Below are positions 50,481-63,684 of a DNA stretch of 64,000 bases, in pieces; positions within the stretch are counted from its first letter, which is position 1; the number at the start of each line of letters is the position of its first letter. The position numbers and the translations under genes are program-made. The notes below the pieces were generated by a model. The model made no database searches. It was not told where the DNA came from and saw only the letters and a list, made by a program, of their open reading frames with translations. Origin of the DNA: Camelus dromedarius. Its lineage: Eukaryota. The stretch is from positions 69,690,001 to 69,754,000 of the forward strand of contig NC_087436.1 in the NCBI RefSeq assembly GCF_036321535.1, read 5' to 3'.

Positions 50481-53400
50481 TTGGTGCATAATTGTCATTT
50501 TTATCGTTCATACGGGCCCACGAGGCTACTGATGATAATATAAACAGTCCTTTAACAATTACTTTAAACCAGCTTGGCTACCAGAGAAATAACTGTATAG
50601 TTTCTCGGTACTTCAGTTTTACTTCTCACAATGGCTAACCTTGGACGTTACAAATTACATTCTCCAACCACAGCTAGGGCCACAGTACTATTTGGCCAAT
50701 GTGCTACCATTTTTTAAATTTATTTGTGTTTATAATTTGCCACAGCATTAATCCCAAACCTTCACCAGAGCCCTCAGTCCTCCTCCCAGTTCACATTGTT
50801 ACAATAGAGGCAGACATTGAGAACATAAACTTTCCAAGGCCCCCATTAATGAGATCAACACATGGGGAAACAGCAAAAGCAAATAAGTGGGTTTATGCAT
50901 GGGATGTAAGGGAAAACTCTGGAGGGATGACATGTCCAGAGAAGACAGAGGGACAGGGAAAGTTAAAGAAAGTAGATCAAGGAGGAAGGTATAAAGATGA
51001 AAGTGATTTGAGCTTAGAAAGTTGTGTTAAGCATTTGCCTGTGATGGAAAGGCAATGGAGGAGTTTTCACAGGGGAGTGACATTATATGATATGTACCGT
51101 TGATGAAAAGATTTAAAAATTGGAGACTTCTTTGATTTCGTAGAAGACTGCAATCTCTTTAACCCTCTCATTGTATTCCATTCCATCCAAGCCCTCTTTG
51201 CCTCACTTCCTTTCTTATTCAGGCTGAATACTGAAGGGTTTGTCAGAAGGAGGTAACATATGCCATATACTTTGAAAGGGTGGAACAGGAAGAAGCTAAG
51301 AGAATTTTTCTTTGTCTTCGTAGAACATTCATCCCTTAGCACTCTGATTATATTCCATTCTCTCCATTTCCTGTTAGCCTCACTTCCTTTCTTACACAGC
51401 TCAGACTTCATCCTTTCTTATTTTAAATATCATCTTGGAAACTCATGGAACCCTTCTGCCCCTCTGCCCTTGTCCTACTGGAAAACACCCAACCATGAAC
51501 TAAATTTCTACTACCACTCCATGCAAGCAGCTGAATGTTAAAGTAAGTTTGTTTTCTGAACATTGTCAGTCACCAAAGACTGCTTATCCAATTTTGTCTT
51601 GTTGGCATTAGAGTTAGCTGCCTTTCTCAAGTCTCCCTAAACTTTCAATTATGTCACTAGAAAAAAAATTTGCCTTTCTACTTTATTGACAAAGATTGTC
51701 CATCAAGCCTAACCACTAACCACCTCCCTAGAATGACACCTCAGTAACTCAATCTAAATCTGAACTAGCTTTAACTGTCTCCTTCAAGTCTCAAGGGGTA
51801 AGGTGATCTTTAGTTCAAAGCTAACAGCTCTTTTAGTGCTTTTTAAAATTACCTTTATAATCTATCCTTTTCAATGACGTTCATTAGGGCAAAGTAATAA
51901 TGATGATTATAATATCTAAAACTAATTTAACAGCTATGTGCAGGGTAATTTATATATTTGCTTCATCCTTACAAGTATTAATACTACTTTTATATTACAA
52001 ATACGTATCAATATTATACCTGGCAGATGAGAAAATTGTAGTCAAAAAAGAATAAGTTGCCCCCAGGGGCATCATTCTATTGAACCTATTGATTAATATT
52101 TATTTCCTGATAATTCTTATAATTCTCTTTCTTTAGTTATTCTTTGTAGGTATTTTGCAGAAATACTTCTCTTTCTCCTACACAAACACCAATGTTCTCT
52201 AGGGCTCTGACCTCAGCCACTTCTTTTAAAATTGTACATATTTTTTCCTGAATGATCTTATCCATTTTAGCCATTTTAATTGCCACCTACAATCAGCTCA
52301 TTAAAATCAGTTCCTAATTCTCTAGATAACATCAGGTGTAAAATGCTGACCCCCAAATTAGACAGATATACCCAATTTACTTCTAAATCTCTCTACATAT
52401 TTACTGGCTTCCCAAATTGAAATGTAAGCAACACGAGGGTCAATGTGTAAGCAGAGCTTCACTTGAGTCCCCAGTAGCCAAAACATTATCTGACATTCGA
52501 ATGAATTCCACATATTACATAAATTTCAGACCTAATATTTTACCATAAATTAAACTGGAGCTTAGCATTTATCATAGCTCCTTTTTGCGATCAGTAAATG
52601 ATCTTCAAGGATTTGTCGAAGACTCTCCAGGTTTAAGTTTATATTACTAGTATGGCCAGATAGCTAAAGAGTTGCCTGTAATCGAAAGAGATTTAAAACA
52701 TACTAAAGTAGGAAAACACATTACAAAAATCTGGCTATGGGTTGTATATGTACAACTATAGTTAGTAGCATATCTTTGTTGAGTATTTCTCTTGTAAATT
52801 AAACACCCCGACATATCCAAAAGTGTAGCAGTCAATGACAAAGAAAAGGTATCCTATTTCCATTATTAGAAAACAGCAGGATGTGTTCTGGTCTACTAGT
52901 ATTCTAAAATCACCTCCTGTTTGTGGAGTTTGAGACTATAAAACAGAAGAAGGGTGCTCTTGTATTTATACAGTCAAACATAATCCACAGATTTCCTGTT
53001 TTGTTGAGTCATACAATAGTGGACTCAGTAATACCCATTTCTAGTGTAATAGTCTAAAATAGAGGGTCAGTTAAGGCAGCTTTCCAATGGCTTCATTCAC
53101 AAAAAGGTAACGCCTTCAAAGCTTTATATTCCAAAGGTCTGATTTTAATTTAACTTTTAATTATTTAATATGTCCCAGATTACTTTTTATTTAATGGGCT
53201 GCAGTTCTCATAGTCTCTAGCGTCTATAATAGTACTTAATAATCATTATTATAATAACTAAGTGAAGGAGGGAAGGAAACACATCTTCAAGTTCTCTGAT
53301 TCTTTCCTGGGCTGAGTCTACCAATGAGCCAATCAAATACATTGTTTCTCTGTTCTTAGTAAAATTTTGATTTCTAGCATTTTCATTTCTTCCTTACAGT

Positions 53401-55574
53401 TTCCATCTCTGTGCTGAAAACTACCCCTATGATCTTGCATCAGTTTATCTTACCATTAGAATCTTCTATCTATTAATTTAAATTATTTTAATTCTCTGTT
53501 TGAGAACCCCAATATCTGTGTAACAACTGGCTCTGGTTCTGATGATTGCTTTTTTATCTTCAGATTTTTTTCTTGATTTTCTGTATATCTTATAATTTTT
53601 TTACTAAAGGCCAGACACATGTTATTGTTCAGTGTATGATGAAGTAAATATATTTATACTTGTATATGAGCACTCTTTTTCTTCTATGAGGCCTTTAGTG
53701 TGGGGTTTGTATTAACTGATTCCACAGAGAGAACACTGCACACTCGGGAGAGGGGGTTCTCTCACCCGGAACAAACACCACAGCCACTATCATAATTTAA
53801 GAGGGCATCAGACAAAATCCCTTCACATCACTCTGACTTGGGCACTGCCAAACAGTGATAGTCATTATCATCATTTCTTACTTGATCTTACATATAACTG
53901 GAGATATTGGATTGTCAGCAATAAATTGACACGATGGAAGGGCTCTTCCTGTTTTTCATCTTTAACCATAGTAGGTAATTGATATTTATAACACTAGTAT
54001 AGGAAGAGACACCACAGTGTTATTTTTAAAAATATTTATGGTTTCCAATCTTTTCCACGCTTAACATAAAATGAAATAAAGCATAAGATTCCTTTATTGC
54101 ACGTACTAACTGATGCCAAAATTCAGTCAAGTAATGAACATTCACAAAGTGTATTTGGGAATTAAGTTAAATGTAGTTTCCAGGTTTGACTTTTACTGTC
54201 ATATTGTAAGGGAACTTCCCTGTTTTTATGGTTCTCTGAAATGAGGAAAGTAATTTACAGCCAAGTCAGCCAAATTGATAGGTTTCTATTTTTCCAGATT
54301 TAATGCTGATTTATTTCAAAACAAAGAAGAAACATTAATTTAAGTACTTGTTATAAATACCCCTGGAGGAAAGGGAGTGAGGCACATTGTCCAGAGTAAG
54401 ACCAGGATCTACAGCCATTAGTTTGCATACTGGAAACAAGGTATCTTTTGTTTTCTCCCACCACATTAAATTGCTCTTATTTTTAAAAGATTCTCTAATG
54501 GGTCTCAGCTAGATGAACTTGAACAGAGTGGTTGGCATATAAATGGTTGGCATATTTACATTCTCTCCTGGCTTGGAGAGGTTGGTAAAGTGGGGTGTTG
54601 TGTAAATATAATCCCCACACACCTGAATTCTCACTTAAGACTTCATGAGAGGAGATTTATCAAAGGGATTTTTTTCTGTAGGTTCACTCTGGACTCAAAA
54701 GTTCACATAAACCCTAGAAGGATGGGTTTGTTCTACTCAAGAATTCTCATGTTCTTCTAAAGAACTAAACAGTGGGGTCAAGTAAGCTCCTCTCAATTAA
54801 AAGCTATTTGAGGGGGGAAAAATCTGAGGAAAAGGAAAAAGAAAAAGCATTATAAATGTTTTGTTCCTTATGGAGCATTCTAAAGTACTATATTCCAAGT
54901 GATATATGGGTAGATAAACTGAGACACTGATACACTGGAGAAAAGATTTTTAAATGCTGATAAATCTGGGGTTTTTCCATTTCTGAAATGATTGTTTTAA
55001 AGACTAAAATTATAATTTTATTATCCTTCATTAGCTGTTTATCATTCTGACAGGCATAAAAACTTTATTTTTACATTCTTTATGAAGAAGAAATACCTAT
55101 TTCTCTTTAATAGAATTGCTAAAGCATTAGAGCTTCCTTAAATTAAGCTGTCATATTAAAACAGAAGTCAAATTTAAATTAAAATATGTATATTGGATTA
55201 TCTATCATATAATAATAATTTAAGCTGATGTTATTTAAACTATTTATGTAGAATTTCTTTTAAAGCATGTCAGAAAAAGGTGAATGTGCATTTTCTCACA
55301 GTTTCTTTTATCTATATTTATATTTTGGCCATAATATATGACCAAGTTGATAGGTTCCCACAATAATAGTGGGGTAAGGGAGAGATTCTTCTAAATTATT
55401 CAACTACCATACAATATGTCAATTATTAGATAATTATTAGGCAATGTGACAATTATTAATATGGTAAATTAGACTACTGCCATATAATTTGTCTTTAAAA
55501 ACTGGCTTCAGCCAAACAAGTCCTCCTGTTTCAAAAACCCAGAAAGGGATAAATGGGAAGACTTAGAGGGAAGA

Positions 55575-55625
55575 CCGGCACATCAATTAACTTTGCATTG
55601 TTAATCTCTACAGCTCTACAATAAG
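55575..55625 (+). other. PRR27: Candidate PRR27 non-coding exon 1
   Basis: Ends aataag|gtatag like CSN1S2 exon 1, with a gataaat TATA-like motif near 55548. Inference only. Confidence 0.35.
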
Positions 55626-57422
55626 GTATAGGTTACTTTAAAAATAACTGAACTATACTGAGGAATAAAACATTATCTTCTTTAGGTATAAATTAATGAT
55701 ATTTTTGTTTCACTAATTAAATACTTTAATTTTTTACAAAAATGTTAAAATATAACAGAAATTTTGGTACTGAAAACAATTTTAGAAAGATTCATTAGAT
55801 TGGTTACTTTTTTCCTTTTTCTATTTGTATATAATATGATCCATTCTAAAGGGACTTAAAACAGCTTGCAAAATAGGTAAAACAGGATTCTTTAAAAAGT
55901 TTTAAATGTTCTGATGAAGGGAAAATAAGACTAGAGGAAATAAGATAAAGCCAGAGATGATGTAAGCACCCCAAAATGAGATGCCACAATGTCCTATGGA
56001 GCTCTGAAAATACACAAGATATTTGACTCTGAAGTTCCTGGTAGGCACAGAACAAAAATAAACACAAAACCAAGAATATCAGTGTATCTAAGACATGAAA
56101 ATATACCAATAGTTCAAGAGAAGCCTAAGTACTGGGACCTGTCAAGGAACTTCTCCAGGGCTGCTCATAGAGAGCAGAACGAGGCACAGATTTGTGTCCT
56201 GTATGTCTTTATAACTTACAGACAATAATAATAATCCTGTTGGTCTTTATCTTAACTTATGTCTCCAAAAAAGGTGTACAATGCCAAGAAACATTATAGC
56301 AAAGACTATTAAATATGTGGCCAAAGTCATGTTGAACAGGTAAGCAGATGGTCCAATATAAAAAATGTATTTTGAAAACTTCCAGGGCTTTCTCCATGGA
56401 TATAATTTTTCCAGCCTAGATTTTGCTAAGAATTAGGCAGGTAAGCATTAGAGTCTCATCAAAAAACTTGAAAATTCTTCAAGGTTATTAGAATATAGTT
56501 AGCATACAAGGAATATAATCTCACTTCATACAAAAAAAATTTACAGACTACAGAAGATAAAATGAAATTTCAGAAATAATTATTCTAAAAATAAGTCATC
56601 AACTAATTATAAATAAACCATTAAATACTTTAGGTATATTTAATATTTGAGTACTCATTTAGCAATAGATCTTGAAACTGATATTCTTATTGGCCATGTA
56701 TATTTTTTTCATATTTTGAGATACTAAATAATGCTGTAATAAATGCACTATATATACATTTTTTGTTAAGAGTGTAAATAATTTATGTTTTTAAGAAGAA
56801 AGAAGCCATGGAGTTTAATAATCAACCAACTAGAAATTGGTTTTACATTATCTGAAGAAAACTGAGCCTAATCAAGATACACACTTGAATATACAGCCGC
56901 CCCACTATTTTTCAGAGATAGAGGGAAAAACTGATGATCAAGAGCCCAAAGGTTTATGCCAGAGCACATGGTGGCAACAACTGTAGGACTGGACATTTTT
57001 CCAAGGAGGTGATACTAATCACCCAGTGAATCTATAAAAAGAAAAATCTCAATAAAGTGCCCATATTATGGCTACTTTTAAGCAATTTTATTTCCTGTAA
57101 GCCTTCCAAGACAAATTAATAGCAAAATGTATCCCAAGGTAAGTAAATTGAGGTGGCTTCCACTTAAAGAAGTTTAGCCAGAAGCCAATTCATTGTGGAA
57201 GGACATCTGCCAAGAAAAGATCATTCTGGCGGTAGTGTCATCCTGTGAGGTAATGCTGAAAGTAGTTAAATAGCGGGACCAAATTTTCTGTGAAGGGTCT
57301 TCCTTGTCAGACAAATAAAGCCATATATTCTTTCGTCCCTCTCAAGAAGAGATATACTAAATATATTGCATATTTTCTGAAGCAACCCATTTACAATATT
57401 CATGTTCATAGGGTCGATCAAA

Positions 57423-57470
57423 ATGAAGCTTCTACTTTGGGCCTGCATCGTGTCCGTTGCTTTTGCAAGG
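57423..57470 (+). CDS. PRR27: PRR27 signal-peptide exon
   Basis: Acceptor at 57411, ATG at 57423, gtgagt donor. Confidence 0.93.
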
Positions 57471-60400
57471 GTGAGTAGATGGACTTTTCAAATGGCAGCA
57501 AGAGTAGAATCATCAAATAATTGTAGCCAGGGATCCATGTTCATGATAGAAGTTGTCATAGTGTTGATAATGATGCAGCAGAGAGATGTGTTAATGGGCA
57601 CGGGGTTTGTGGTGCCAAACTTTTCAAAAGAAATTTTAAAAATCAAAATGATAAAGTTGTGTGATCCAAAAGTGGATTGACAACGAAGAAAAGAGGTGAT
57701 TTCAGAAATGCAGTGGGCAGAGAAGGATATAATTATAGGGAACCAGAATTTCATGTAGATGACCATAACGGTCTTTGTCTTCAAATTATAGAAGACTGGA
57801 TTAGGCTTTTTCTGACAGCAAAGTCCCAGCTGGAGGTATTTCTGTAGAGTCACAAAGAGTACTTGATGGAATTAAAGTAAATGGACATAATGACCATCAA
57901 TGTAGTGTAAATAGAAGAGCCTCTAATGTAAGAAGCTGATGGAAAATTCTTAATCCTAGTCAGTGAGTGTGCTAAATATCCTCTTTTGTAAAAAGGAGAA
58001 AATTCTGATATCTACCCCATAGAATGACTTTGAGGATTAAATAATTATGTAAAGTGCTTAGCAGACTAACTAGGCTATAGTAGGAATTCAAATGCTACTT
58101 GATATTATTAACTTTATTATCTGATATTACTAATTATTATCATCCTGTGAAAATTTCAAGATACTTCTAAATCTCTTAAAATCACCTGGATTAAACTCTA
58201 ATTCTTAAAACAGTAAATGATGAATTTCCTACACTATTTTGTCATCCTTATCTCATGCTGTGTTCTTTAATCTGAGAGGAATGTATAAAAGATATTGAAG
58301 CTTAACTGGAGAACAAGTGGATATATAGTCCTGCAACTGGTAAGGAGGTGGCTACAAACCACAAATACCCTCCACCCACATACACAGACTGCAAACAAAA
58401 TCTAAGAGGTAACAGAACAAACACATCTGCAAGACCAGATGTGTGAATAGGACTGAATGATCTTTCAGATGGTAAGATTTATGTACATCTAGGAAATTAC
58501 AATCCAAAGTCTATCAGCCAATGTAGAACTTCCTGGGACAACTGTCTATGTCAAAAGTATATAATGATGATAATGATAATAAATAATTTATACTAGTGAT
58601 TTATATTTCAAAAGTAAATTAACTATACTAATAATAAGATTATACAAATTCTTCAGTAATATAAAATCTAGGTACAGATGTTTTCAAATAACTAACCATA
58701 GTGAATTTTTGTTTGTTTGTTTTAGAAGCGTTTCTACTTCTTTGATGAGGTAAAACTTTTTTTCATTTATGTATAAATGTATTTGTTTTTAAAGTATATT
58801 TTATATTTTAAAACTGATTTTTTTACAAAGCAATTTGGTGACTACTTTTACTGTTGAAATATTAGTGCTATTAATCTCTTATTTTATAGAAAAATGTTTA
58901 TGTAGTATAAATCTATTTGCATTTAACATATTTACCATAAGTTCATTATTTCTTTTCAGTGACTAGAAGCATTAAGTGTACTCCCTTTGTAGTGTGACAA
59001 AATTTTTGCTACGCCCAGGATTCCTCCTCACGCTTCTGTAAAATTTTATGACAATGTTATCCTAAGCTTACTTCAACAAACTAAGTGATGAATCCAGGAA
59101 GGCTTTGCCTGTATGAAAGAGTAGAGCAGAAGAAAACATGTCTAGGCACTACTAGCAGGAGGAATGTGTCCCAAGCTGTTAGATGATTTCTGTGCTACGA
59201 ATATTCACAAATCATCCCTATGTAGGAGACCAGAACATTCATCAGCTGACTGATATTAGTTTTTTGTTTTGTTTTGTTTTGTTTAGTTTTTCGTCACTTC
59301 TGCCTCAAATTTTGATGACAGGAGTGTGCTAAAAAATTGATACTGGTATCTACACACAAGCATGTGGTAGATAAACATAACAATCTAGCAAAGAAAGGCA
59401 GAATCTGAACGTGCACGTTTTTAAACAAGTACTATTAGATATATGGTGGAGTATAAAGGCTGTGAAAATAATTTAAAAAATGAAAATAGTATGAGATACT
59501 ACTTTGAATTTCTCGTAAGAGTTAAGATTTGGGGAGAGGGTATAGCTCAGTGGTAGAGCATGTGCCTGAGGTCCTGGGTTCAATTCTCAGTACCTCCATC
59601 AACAAAAATAAAATTAAAAAAATAAATTGAATAAATTTTTTAAAAAGAGTTGAGATTTTAATCATAAGAATCTAGGGCTCTATACTCACAATATGCATCA
59701 CTGGTATTTGTCTCTGTGAACATTATGGAGCATCTATCACTTATGTAGCACGCATCATACCTTCAGGTATGATTTTAACTTGTTAATTCAGGAAACCAAA
59801 CTAAAGTTGGAAAGAAACATTATACACAATTTTAAATTTTAATAAAGAAGCTTGACCAACTGGGAGATGTAGCAACTCAGACATAAGTAAAGAAACCTTA
59901 TCTGTTCTCTCCAGTACCTAAGATCTAGCTGGTACATGACAGTACATAGTAGGCATTCATTTTATACCCTTTTAAAAAATTCCTTGAATATCCATCAAGA
60001 AAAACTTAAAATATCCCAAAGCCACTGAGGAACAATCTACATTCGTTGAGAAGTTATGTTACAAAGACTTATTTAGTTCCTGGGGTTTTGTGATAAATAC
60101 AGGTGATGACCTAATGTAAGAATTTAGTGTAAATAAGTTGCTAGCCACACAATTAAATCAGAACATTTGGTTCCGTGTACATGAGCGTTTATAAATAGAT
60201 ATGAATAAGGCAATTTAAAGACAGTGTAGAAACACTAGAACCAGTAGGGCATTAGGATTGGCCATTGCTCATCTACTTTGTAAGAAGGTATTGGTAATAC
60301 CAAGACTGAGTCTACATAGTCCCAGGAAAACAAGGCAAACAGCTCTGTTGCTTAAGAAAGAAAATTCCAAGTTACTCAGAGAGTTTTGTCAGTTAGAGTC

Positions 60401-62688
60401 ACTCTGAAAGCAAGCAGAAATCTAAACAAAGATTTTTTTTCAAGAGCCTGAAGTTTAAACTTACTTTGTTTTCTTTGTTGTTTTAGAATTTTGCCTCATC
60501 GAGTGAAGAGGTAAAATATATCTAGATTTGTTTATATGTTAAGATATAGAAGTATATTTTATATTAATTTTTAAATAGCATTTTCTATCTAATAGTGTTA
60601 AATCATTCAGTATTATGTTTGTTTTTCTTTATTGAGTTATAGTCAGTTTACAATGTTGTGTCAATTTCCAGTGTAGAGCACAATTTTTCAGTCAGTATCA
60701 TTATGTTTTTCCTAGAAAAGTTAAGAAAGTAATTTCAGAACATGTTCTCTTTTCTTGCTATGATGGTCTCATTTAAAAATGGATCTATAAGAATTAACAT
60801 ATTTATATTTATACATTCTGCAATTTTTTATTCATACTGATATCCTACCCAATTTCATTGCCTACTCACTAGGTAAACACTTTTAAATAAAAATTATATA
60901 AATAAAGTTTTATATCATAGAAATGTATTGTTGATAAAGAAGACAGTATTTTCCAACAAATATGAAAACTGGGTCTATGTTTATAAATAGTGCCTTTTAT
61001 TGACAAGTTAACTTCGAATACATGGAAAGAAAATTACTCCATCAACTAGTTACATAAAATAAACATATGATAAGAAATGTTAAATATTTATTAGATTTTA
61101 AAACTAGGTTTATGTTATATGAATATTTAATTTCTTGAATTATAATTGGGCTATGCAATGAATCAAAGAATCTAGAGTCTTGATATATAAAGAAATACAC
61201 AACAAATGTGCTTATAAAACTGACAAATTTATGGTAGGAAATAAAACTTTATGTATGTGAGACCAAGAAATGTCTTAATTTTCTATAAATTCTTACATAA
61301 GGTTGTGACCTTGGAGCACCCTGACAGTTTTACATACATGTAGGAGACAGACCTAAAGCAATTAAAGGAAAATGAGGAGGTCCTTCTACCAAAAAAACAA
61401 TGCCAGATGTAACAGTAAATGCATTAGTAACATTAATAATTTCCTCATTTAAACACAAATACTACAGGGAGAATTAAATGTGAAAAGCCAGTAGTGTATG
61501 TTGTGAAATGATCATCACAATTAGTTAACATCCATCACCACATACAGTTACAATTTTTATCTTGTGATGAAAACTTTTAAGATCCCTCTTCGCAACTTTC
61601 AAGCACACAATAGAGTGTTACTAACTATTGCCAATTGTAACTCAATTGGAAAGAAAAAAAAAACATCTAGTAGCCATCATTAACATCCAGCCTGCTTTCC
61701 TTCTTAATAACAATTGAAGCTGCCTGGCCTAGAAGGAGTAGAAGCTTTGAGGAAGGGTGGGAGGAGCTGGGAAGGACAGCTGGAGGAGGCAGAGCTAAGT
61801 GAGTGCTTCCACTGGCACTTGAGAAGCCCTGAGGGTCCTGAGGGCCTCAGGCTAGGCCGGCAGTGCAGAGGAGGAGGCAGGGAAGTGCTCACCCTGTACT
61901 GTCCATATTCTTCTCTTCTATTTTTGTCCTGTCTGTGGCTGGCATATTGTGCAGTTGATAACACTCCGACTTGACTACACACAAAATATTTCCCTCTAAA
62001 TTGAGGTTTATTCAGTTTTCTTAATATATTATTAGCTCCTAGTTTAAAAATTATGCAAGCACACTAGCTATGAGAATGAGCCTAAATTGGAATTCTTAAA
62101 AAAAAAATCCTCTCTCATTGTACATCATCACAGTCATACCATAAGTAATGTATGGCTAGGATAGAGGTCGTCACCTTTGACTTGTTTGTTCTTCTCTAGG
62201 ATTACAGTGGCAATTTTGGCAGTCGTTACCCAATTAACCCATCTCTGAATATTCCTTATCCCCTGCCAGAGAGTGACTTCGCCCCGCCCAGCAATCCTCC
62301 GGGGAATAATTTCCCCAGTTACCCTAGGAATCGTGACCCTGATAAACGGATACTCCCAAATCCCTGGATTTTCACTGCTTTTGGGGCCCCCTTCTACCGC
62401 ATTCCCAATTTTCCCACACCTTCTTGGTTGCCCCGCCCTCTTCCTCCTCCTCCTCGTGGGGATCTCCCCTTCCTCCCACCCCCAAGTAGACGTTGGGGCC
62501 CTTTTTCCCCAACTGAGACAGCTCTACCTGTTGCAGCCAAACCATACGTAGCTAAGCCTTTTGTCCCACCTACACCCCCACGCACTGTCCCCGAGATTGA
62601 GCCGCCTGCCGTCACTGCGCCGGATGAAGGCGAGCCCGCCGCCGCCGCCGCCGCCGCCGCAGGGCCTCAGCCCTCGGCTTTGGACCAG
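57423..62688 (+). CDS. PRR27: Proline-rich protein 27 (C4orf40 ortholog); spliced CDS 57423-57470, 58726-58749, 60487-60510, 62200-62688; final exon not found in the window
   Basis: [53 protein letters not shown]...PPPRGDLPFLPPP...EPAAAAAAAAGPQPSALDQ. The signal peptide and the [14 protein letters not shown], PPRG and EPAA motifs match human PRR27 as recalled, and the position after CSN1S2 is syntenic. Confidence 0.92.
58726..58749 (+). CDS. PRR27: PRR27 exon KRFYFFDE
   Basis: AG/GT bounded, 24 nt; compare human KRRFPFIGE. Confidence 0.85.
59531..59644 (+). mobile_element. tRNA-derived camelid SINE (vic-1-like, internally deleted)
   Basis: ggggagagggtatagctcagtggtagagc...gaggtcctgggttcaat; TSD aagagtt(a/g)agattt at 59517-59530 and 59645-59658. 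Confidence 0.88.
60487..60510 (+). CDS. PRR27: PRR27 micro-exon NFASSSEE
   Basis: Pyrimidine tract plus ttttag acceptor, 24 nt phase 0, gag|gtaaaa donor. Confidence 0.72.
62200..62688 (+). CDS. PRR27: PRR27 large Pro/Ala-rich exon (163 codons)
   Basis: cttctctag acceptor, open frame (includes ORF-track entry 62428+), cag|gtgggt donor. Confidence 0.9.
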
Positions 62689-62789
62689 GTGGGTTGCCTC
62701 AGTCTTACTCCCATGACGCACGGAGTTGTAGCAGCGGGAAAGAAACATAATCTCCCAACAGGCAAACGTGCATCGGTTTAAACATTTTA

Positions 62790-63245
62790 AACACTTCTAT
62801 TGAGACACAATGACATACAGCAAACTACCAAAACTGAAAGTGTATATTCTGAGAAGTTTTGACTTGTATTTGACATGCGCATGAAAAAACTAACCAGGAA
62901 AATGAATATATCCACCACAGCCAGAAGTTTCCTCCTGTTTTGTTTTGCTTTGTTTTGTTTTAATAATCCAACCCTCCCCTTTTTCCTGTTCTTGATCTAT
63001 TTTCTGCCAGTACAGATTGGCTTGCATTTTCTAGAATTTTATGTAAGCAGAAACACACTATATACGCTTTTGTGTCTGGCTTCTGTCACTCAGCACAATT
63101 ATTTTATTTGTCCATGTAGTTATTCATAGCAATAGTTCAGTCTCTCTCTCTCTTTTCTTTTTTTTTGCAGAGTAGTATTAGATTATATGGATATATCATA
63201 ATTTTTTTAACCTACCCATTCATTTATTGATGGACATTTTAATTT
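62790..63245 (-). mobile_element. Old LINE-1 3' end, antisense
   Basis: ttctagaattttatgtaa...ttttgtgtctggcttct.tcactcagca...ttgatggacattt. Confidence 0.65.
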
Positions 63246-63684
63246 CCAAACTGGATATCATTTATTTATATCCATTTATTTTATTGTACACTGTACTGGC
63301 TTAAAGTGCACAGTTCAATATTAAATAAAAGTGATTCAGTGAGTATCTCTGCCTTGTTTTTGACATTAGGGGAAAACTTTCATTTTAGGATACCGTGAGG
63401 TTACTAGGCTTTTAACATTTAGTACACAGGAACAGAGAAGCATTTTGATCTAAGGTGAATTTTTCCCATTGCAGAGATCAAACCATCCTGAGTGCTCAAT
63501 CATATGCCCTGTGAATTTCAAGTTTTCTGTTCTCTGGCTTGTGGGATCAAAAGCTTTCTCCTATGCTATGTTAGCACCAGATACTGTTCCGTTTTGTCCT
63601 TTTAAGTGGTTCTTTTACCTAATCTGAGGTAGTATCTTCATATGAATAATGTATCCTTGGTTGAAAGTATCAGAATAACCTTCA

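Noticed and set aside
50500..57400. Possible second CSN1S2 (B-type) gene between CSN1S2 and PRR27
   Set aside because: I found no casein-like signal or phospho exons by eye in this interval.
57402..57680. 92-aa ORF
   Set aside because: Only 57423-57470 is the PRR27 signal exon; the donor is at 57471.
62273..62748. Overlapping alternative-frame and antisense ORFs in the PRR27 exon
   Set aside because: Expected shadows of GC-rich Pro/Ala codons.
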